Source: Alphaproteobacteria bacterium (lineage in GTDB: Bacteria > Pseudomonadota > Alphaproteobacteria > JAQWUY01). From it: a DNA stretch of 64,000 nt. The notes under the pieces were generated by a model. It saw only the letters and a program-made list of their open reading frames with translations, had not been told where the DNA came from and did not search any database. The DNA is taken from assembly GCA_029250225.1 (NCBI GenBank), contig JAQWUY010000027.1, forward strand, positions 9,917 through 73,916. Reading direction: 5' to 3'. Below, piece after piece: positions 61,429 to 64,000 of the stretch. The translations under genes were made by a program, and so were the position numbers. How positions within the stretch are numbered: position 1 is the stretch's first letter; each line of letters opens with the position of its first letter.

Positions 61429-63462
61429 CTAACTCCTTCTTCTGCGATTTTGACGCGAAGTTCTTGATTTTGAACTACCGCCTGACGATACTTTTAATTT
61501 TTTAGGTGGCAATTCTACAACTTGTTGTAAATTAATATACGGATCTGAATTATTCGGGATTGCCATTGCATCAACAAAATATCCTTGGAAAGAAGATTCT
61601 AGTGCAGTTTCGATTTTTTCAATTTTACTAACTAGATTTTCAATTTCATTACGAGAATCTTTGTTTAATAAAGCAATCCTTGCACCACTTCCCGCCGAAT
61701 TACCAATTGAACTAACTTCATTCATATTACAATCTGGGATTAAACCTAAAACAAGGGCATATTTAATATCTATGTGTGAACCAAAAGCACCAGCTAGGCT
61801 GATTTTTTCACACTTATCACCGTAGTAATCTTCCATTATTTTACAGCCTGCCCACAATGCACCTTTTGCCAATTGAATTGCCCTTACATCACCTTGTGTA
61901 ATGCGAACTTCAACATCAAGTTCATTAACTGGACGGTGTAATATATAATCAAACACACGACCATTTGGAATAATACGATCGGTTTTTGATGCCATATCAC
62001 CATCAATTATACCATCAGATGATATAATTCCAGCTAGATACATTTGTGCAAGTACCTCAATAATACCAGAACCACAAATTCCAGTTACCCCTATTTTTTT
62101 AACACTTGTATTAAATTCTTCCTCATCAGACCAAAGCTCCGTCCCAATAACAGCAAAGCGTGGTTCAAGTGTTTTTTTGTCAATGCGCACTCTTTCAATT
62201 GCACCTGGTGCCGCCCTTTGTCCGCAAACAATTTGCGCTCCTTCTAGGGCTGGCCCTGTTGGTGAAGAACAAGCAAATAATTTATCTTTATTCCCAAATA
62301 TAATTTCTGCATTTGTACCAACATCAACTATTAAATGCCGTTTTTCACCTTTATCAGGGCGAACTGCCAAGGCAACCGCTGCTGCGTCTGCTCCTACGTG
62401 TCCGGCAATGCAAGGAAGAACATATACAAAACCATTGGGATTTAAATTCAATAAATCACCAAAATCGCTTACTTGTTTGTTAACGGCATTTTCTTCTTCT
62501 AGGTCAAAAGGTGAAAAGCCAAGACCCAAGGGTGATAAACCTAAAAATAAATGGTGCATTACTGGGTTGCCAACTATAACGGTTTCAACAATCAATTGTT
62601 GTGCTTGGGTTTCATTCATATTCGCCAATCCATCACGAATAGATTCACTAAATAGGCTAGATAATGTATCACGAACAACTTTTGTCATTTCTTTATCACC
62701 GCCTTTATTCATCATTGCATATGAAACACGACTCATTAAATCTTCACCAAATCTAATCTGGGGATTCATAGCACCAACAGATGCCATTACTTTACCATCT
62801 TTTAAACGAACTAAATTACACGATATTGTGGTTGAACCTAAGTCAACAGCAAATCCGTAAAGATCTGATTTAGGATTATCTAAGATATCTATCAATCTGT
62901 CATTTCTTACCACAACACCAATTTCATCAGATGTATTATTGAAATCAAAATTAATATTATCGCTGAACGATTTTATATTTAAAGAATGCTCATTACTTAA
63001 TAATTTAATAATATTTTGAATAACATTTTTACTTTTATCAATGTTGGAAATATTCAGCTGATAAACTTGTGTAATTGGCTTTATTTCGATGTCAATCTTT
63101 GTAACGGGTTTGCGAATAACTTGCTTGTGTACTTGGCTATCAGGTGGCACATCTATTACCATATCGCCTTTTAACATAGAGCAACAAGCAAGCCTACGAC
63201 CGTCTTTGATATTACCTTTTTTATTTTGATATTCTGTTTCTGTATCACTCCAACTACTAAGGTTTTTATTTCTAGCATTAATTTTAAACTTTGGGAAATC
63301 GCCTTCGCTAGGTTCAACTTGACATCGTCCACAGATACCACGCCCACCACAAACACTATCAATATCAACTCCTAATGAACGGGCAATATCAAGTAAATTA
63401 GAATTCCGAGAAAATTCACCTCGCTTACCTGAGGGAGTAAAAACTACTTTATACTTATCCAT
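61429..63462 (-). CDS. RACo-like reductive activator of corrinoid proteins (N-terminal plant-type 2Fe-2S ferredoxin + ASKHA-fold ATPase; RamA/AcsV-like)
   Basis: 677 aa. The N-terminal roughly 90 aa carry a 2Fe-2S ferredoxin Cys pattern (CGGRGICGRCQV ... C). The remaining about 550 aa are Gly-rich with actin/ASKHA-like phosphate loops (VDLGSTTISCNLV; DVGTNAEII; GICGSGIIEV). This matches the DUF4445/RACo architecture. Confidence 0.7.
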   Translation of the reverse strand: MDKYKVVFTPSGKRGEFSRNSNLLDIARSLGVDIDSVCGGRGICGRCQVEPSEGDFPKFKINARNKNLSSWSDTETEYQNKKGNIKDGRRLACCSMLKGDMVIDVPPDSQVHKQVIRKPVTKIDIEIKPITQVYQLNISNIDKSKNVIQNIIKLLSNEHSLNIKSFSDNINFDFNNTSDEIGVVVRNDRLIDILDNPKSDLYGFAVDLGSTTISCNLVRLKDGKVMASVGAMNPQIRFGEDLMSRVSYAMMNKGGDKEMTKVVRDTLSSLFSESIRDGLANMNETQAQQLIVETVIVGNPVMHHLFLGLSPLGLGFSPFDLEEENAVNKQVSDFGDLLNLNPNGFVYVLPCIAGHVGADAAAVALAVRPDKGEKRHLIVDVGTNAEIIFGNKDKLFACSSPTGPALEGAQIVCGQRAAPGAIERVRIDKKTLEPRFAVIGTELWSDEEEFNTSVKKIGVTGICGSGIIEVLAQMYLAGIISSDGIIDGDMASKTDRIIPNGRVFDYILHRPVNELDVEVRITQGDVRAIQLAKGALWAGCKIMEDYYGDKCEKISLAGAFGSHIDIKYALVLGLIPDCNMNEVSSIGNSAGSGARIALLNKDSRNEIENLVSKIEKIETALESSFQGYFVDAMAIPNNSDPYINLQQVVELPPKKLKVSSGGSSKSRTSRQNRRRRS

Positions 63463-63540
63463 AAAAAGTTAAACCTAACTATAATATTAAAGATATCTAA
63501 TTGTATTATACTAATTTTTTATGCCAAAAAAAATATAGTA

Positions 63541-64000
63541 TTAACCCCTACGGCGGGCTCTTTGGCGACCCGCTCTTGCACCGCGACTTTCATTTTCTGC
63601 TACTGGTTCACGATATCTTTTAATCCAACGAGTGCAATCTGGATCTTGGCCTGCAATAACATCGGCACCACGAATTAATTCCATTTCTTTTTCGTGGCAA
63701 GGGTTCATAATGGCACTAGTCATACCAGCACCAATCGCCATTGACAAGAATGATGCATTGATGCCATTTCTGTTGGGTAAACCAAAACTAACATTTGATG
63801 CGCCACAAGTTGTGTTTACCTTTAATTCATTTCGTAAACGATGGATTAAATCTAATGCTTTTCGTCCTGCTATGTTAATCGCACCAACAGGCATTACCAA
63901 CGGATCAACAACAACATCTTGTGGTTTTATTCCATAATCCTGCGCTCTTTCGACAATTTTTTTTGCCACAGCGTAACGAACATTAGGATCTTGTGAAATT
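63541..64000 (-). CDS. partial (C-terminal ~150 aa only) pterin-binding methyltransferase domain, MetH module-2 / MtrH-AcsE-like; the gene continues beyond the window edge
   Basis: The reading frame stays open from 63541 to the window end with no stop. The ORF-track Met at 63969 is a GTG inside a longer frame (upstream residues ...ISQDPNVRYAV). The block GASNVSFGLPNRNGINASFLSMAIGAGMTSAIMNP aligns with the conserved GxSNxSFG...FLxxAIxxGMDxxIVN region of cobalamin-dependent methionine synthase pterin-binding domains and methyl-THF:corrinoid methyltransferases. Confidence 0.65.
   Translation of the reverse strand, partial: ISQDPNVRYAVAKKIVERAQDYGIKPQDVVVDPLVMPVGAINIAGRKALDLIHRLRNELKVNTTCGASNVSFGLPNRNGINASFLSMAIGAGMTSAIMNPCHEKEMELIRGADVIAGQDPDCTRWIKRYREPVAENESRGARAGRQRARRRG

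Noticed and set aside
62177-62860. 227-aa plus-strand ORF
   Set aside because: It lies entirely antisense to the well-supported RACo-like gene. Its translation is a low-complexity Pro/Ala/Ser-rich sequence typical of antisense frames in locally GC-richer DNA, and it has no start context.

Overview
This is a 64-kb segment of a very AT-rich, gene-dense bacterial chromosome. I estimate roughly 30% GC by eye, with short intergenic gaps and frequent start/stop overlaps. I call 55 protein-coding genes, including one partial gene at the right edge. I found no rRNA, tRNA, CRISPR array, transposase or integrase.

The conserved-function genes are:
- a complete beta-oxidation operon (fadE-fadB-fadA);
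- cytochrome bo3 ubiquinol oxidase cyoABCDE, followed by a translationally coupled Cys-rich secreted ORF;
- class II fructose-bisphosphate aldolase;
- ribosomal protein L28;
- kdsB, ispB, mreB-mreC-mreD-mrdA-rodA, pepN, a short rpoN, pepA (M17), mutS, pdxY, oligopeptidase B, and a tRNA-m6A-like methyltransferase.

The accessory content is:
- a two-partner secretion locus (TpsB plus a 957-aa TpsA) whose cargo end carries FG-GAP (integrin-alpha-like) repeats and near-identical internal DNA repeats;
- an 817-aa surface protein with an inverse-autotransporter-like architecture (N-terminal beta-rich domain followed by tandem Ig-like repeats);
- anaerobic-type cobalamin biosynthesis genes (cobQ/cbiP, cbiB, cbiD, cbiJ, cobA, cbiA), where cbiD-cbiJ sit in one operon with a NikABCDE-like family-5 ABC importer, probably for cobalt;
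- an arginase / ornithine cyclodeaminase pair;
- bioY.

At the right edge is a four-gene minus-strand cluster: formate-THF ligase, MetF, a 2Fe-2S/ASKHA protein with the architecture of a RACo-type reductive activator of corrinoid proteins, and a partial MetH/MtrH-like pterin-binding methyltransferase. Together these look like a corrinoid-dependent C1/methyl-transfer module continuing beyond position 64000.

The XRE regulator and the arginase-OCD pairing suggest an alphaproteobacterial, host-associated organism, but that is an inference. All calls come from reading motifs in the supplied translations; I ran no database searches.
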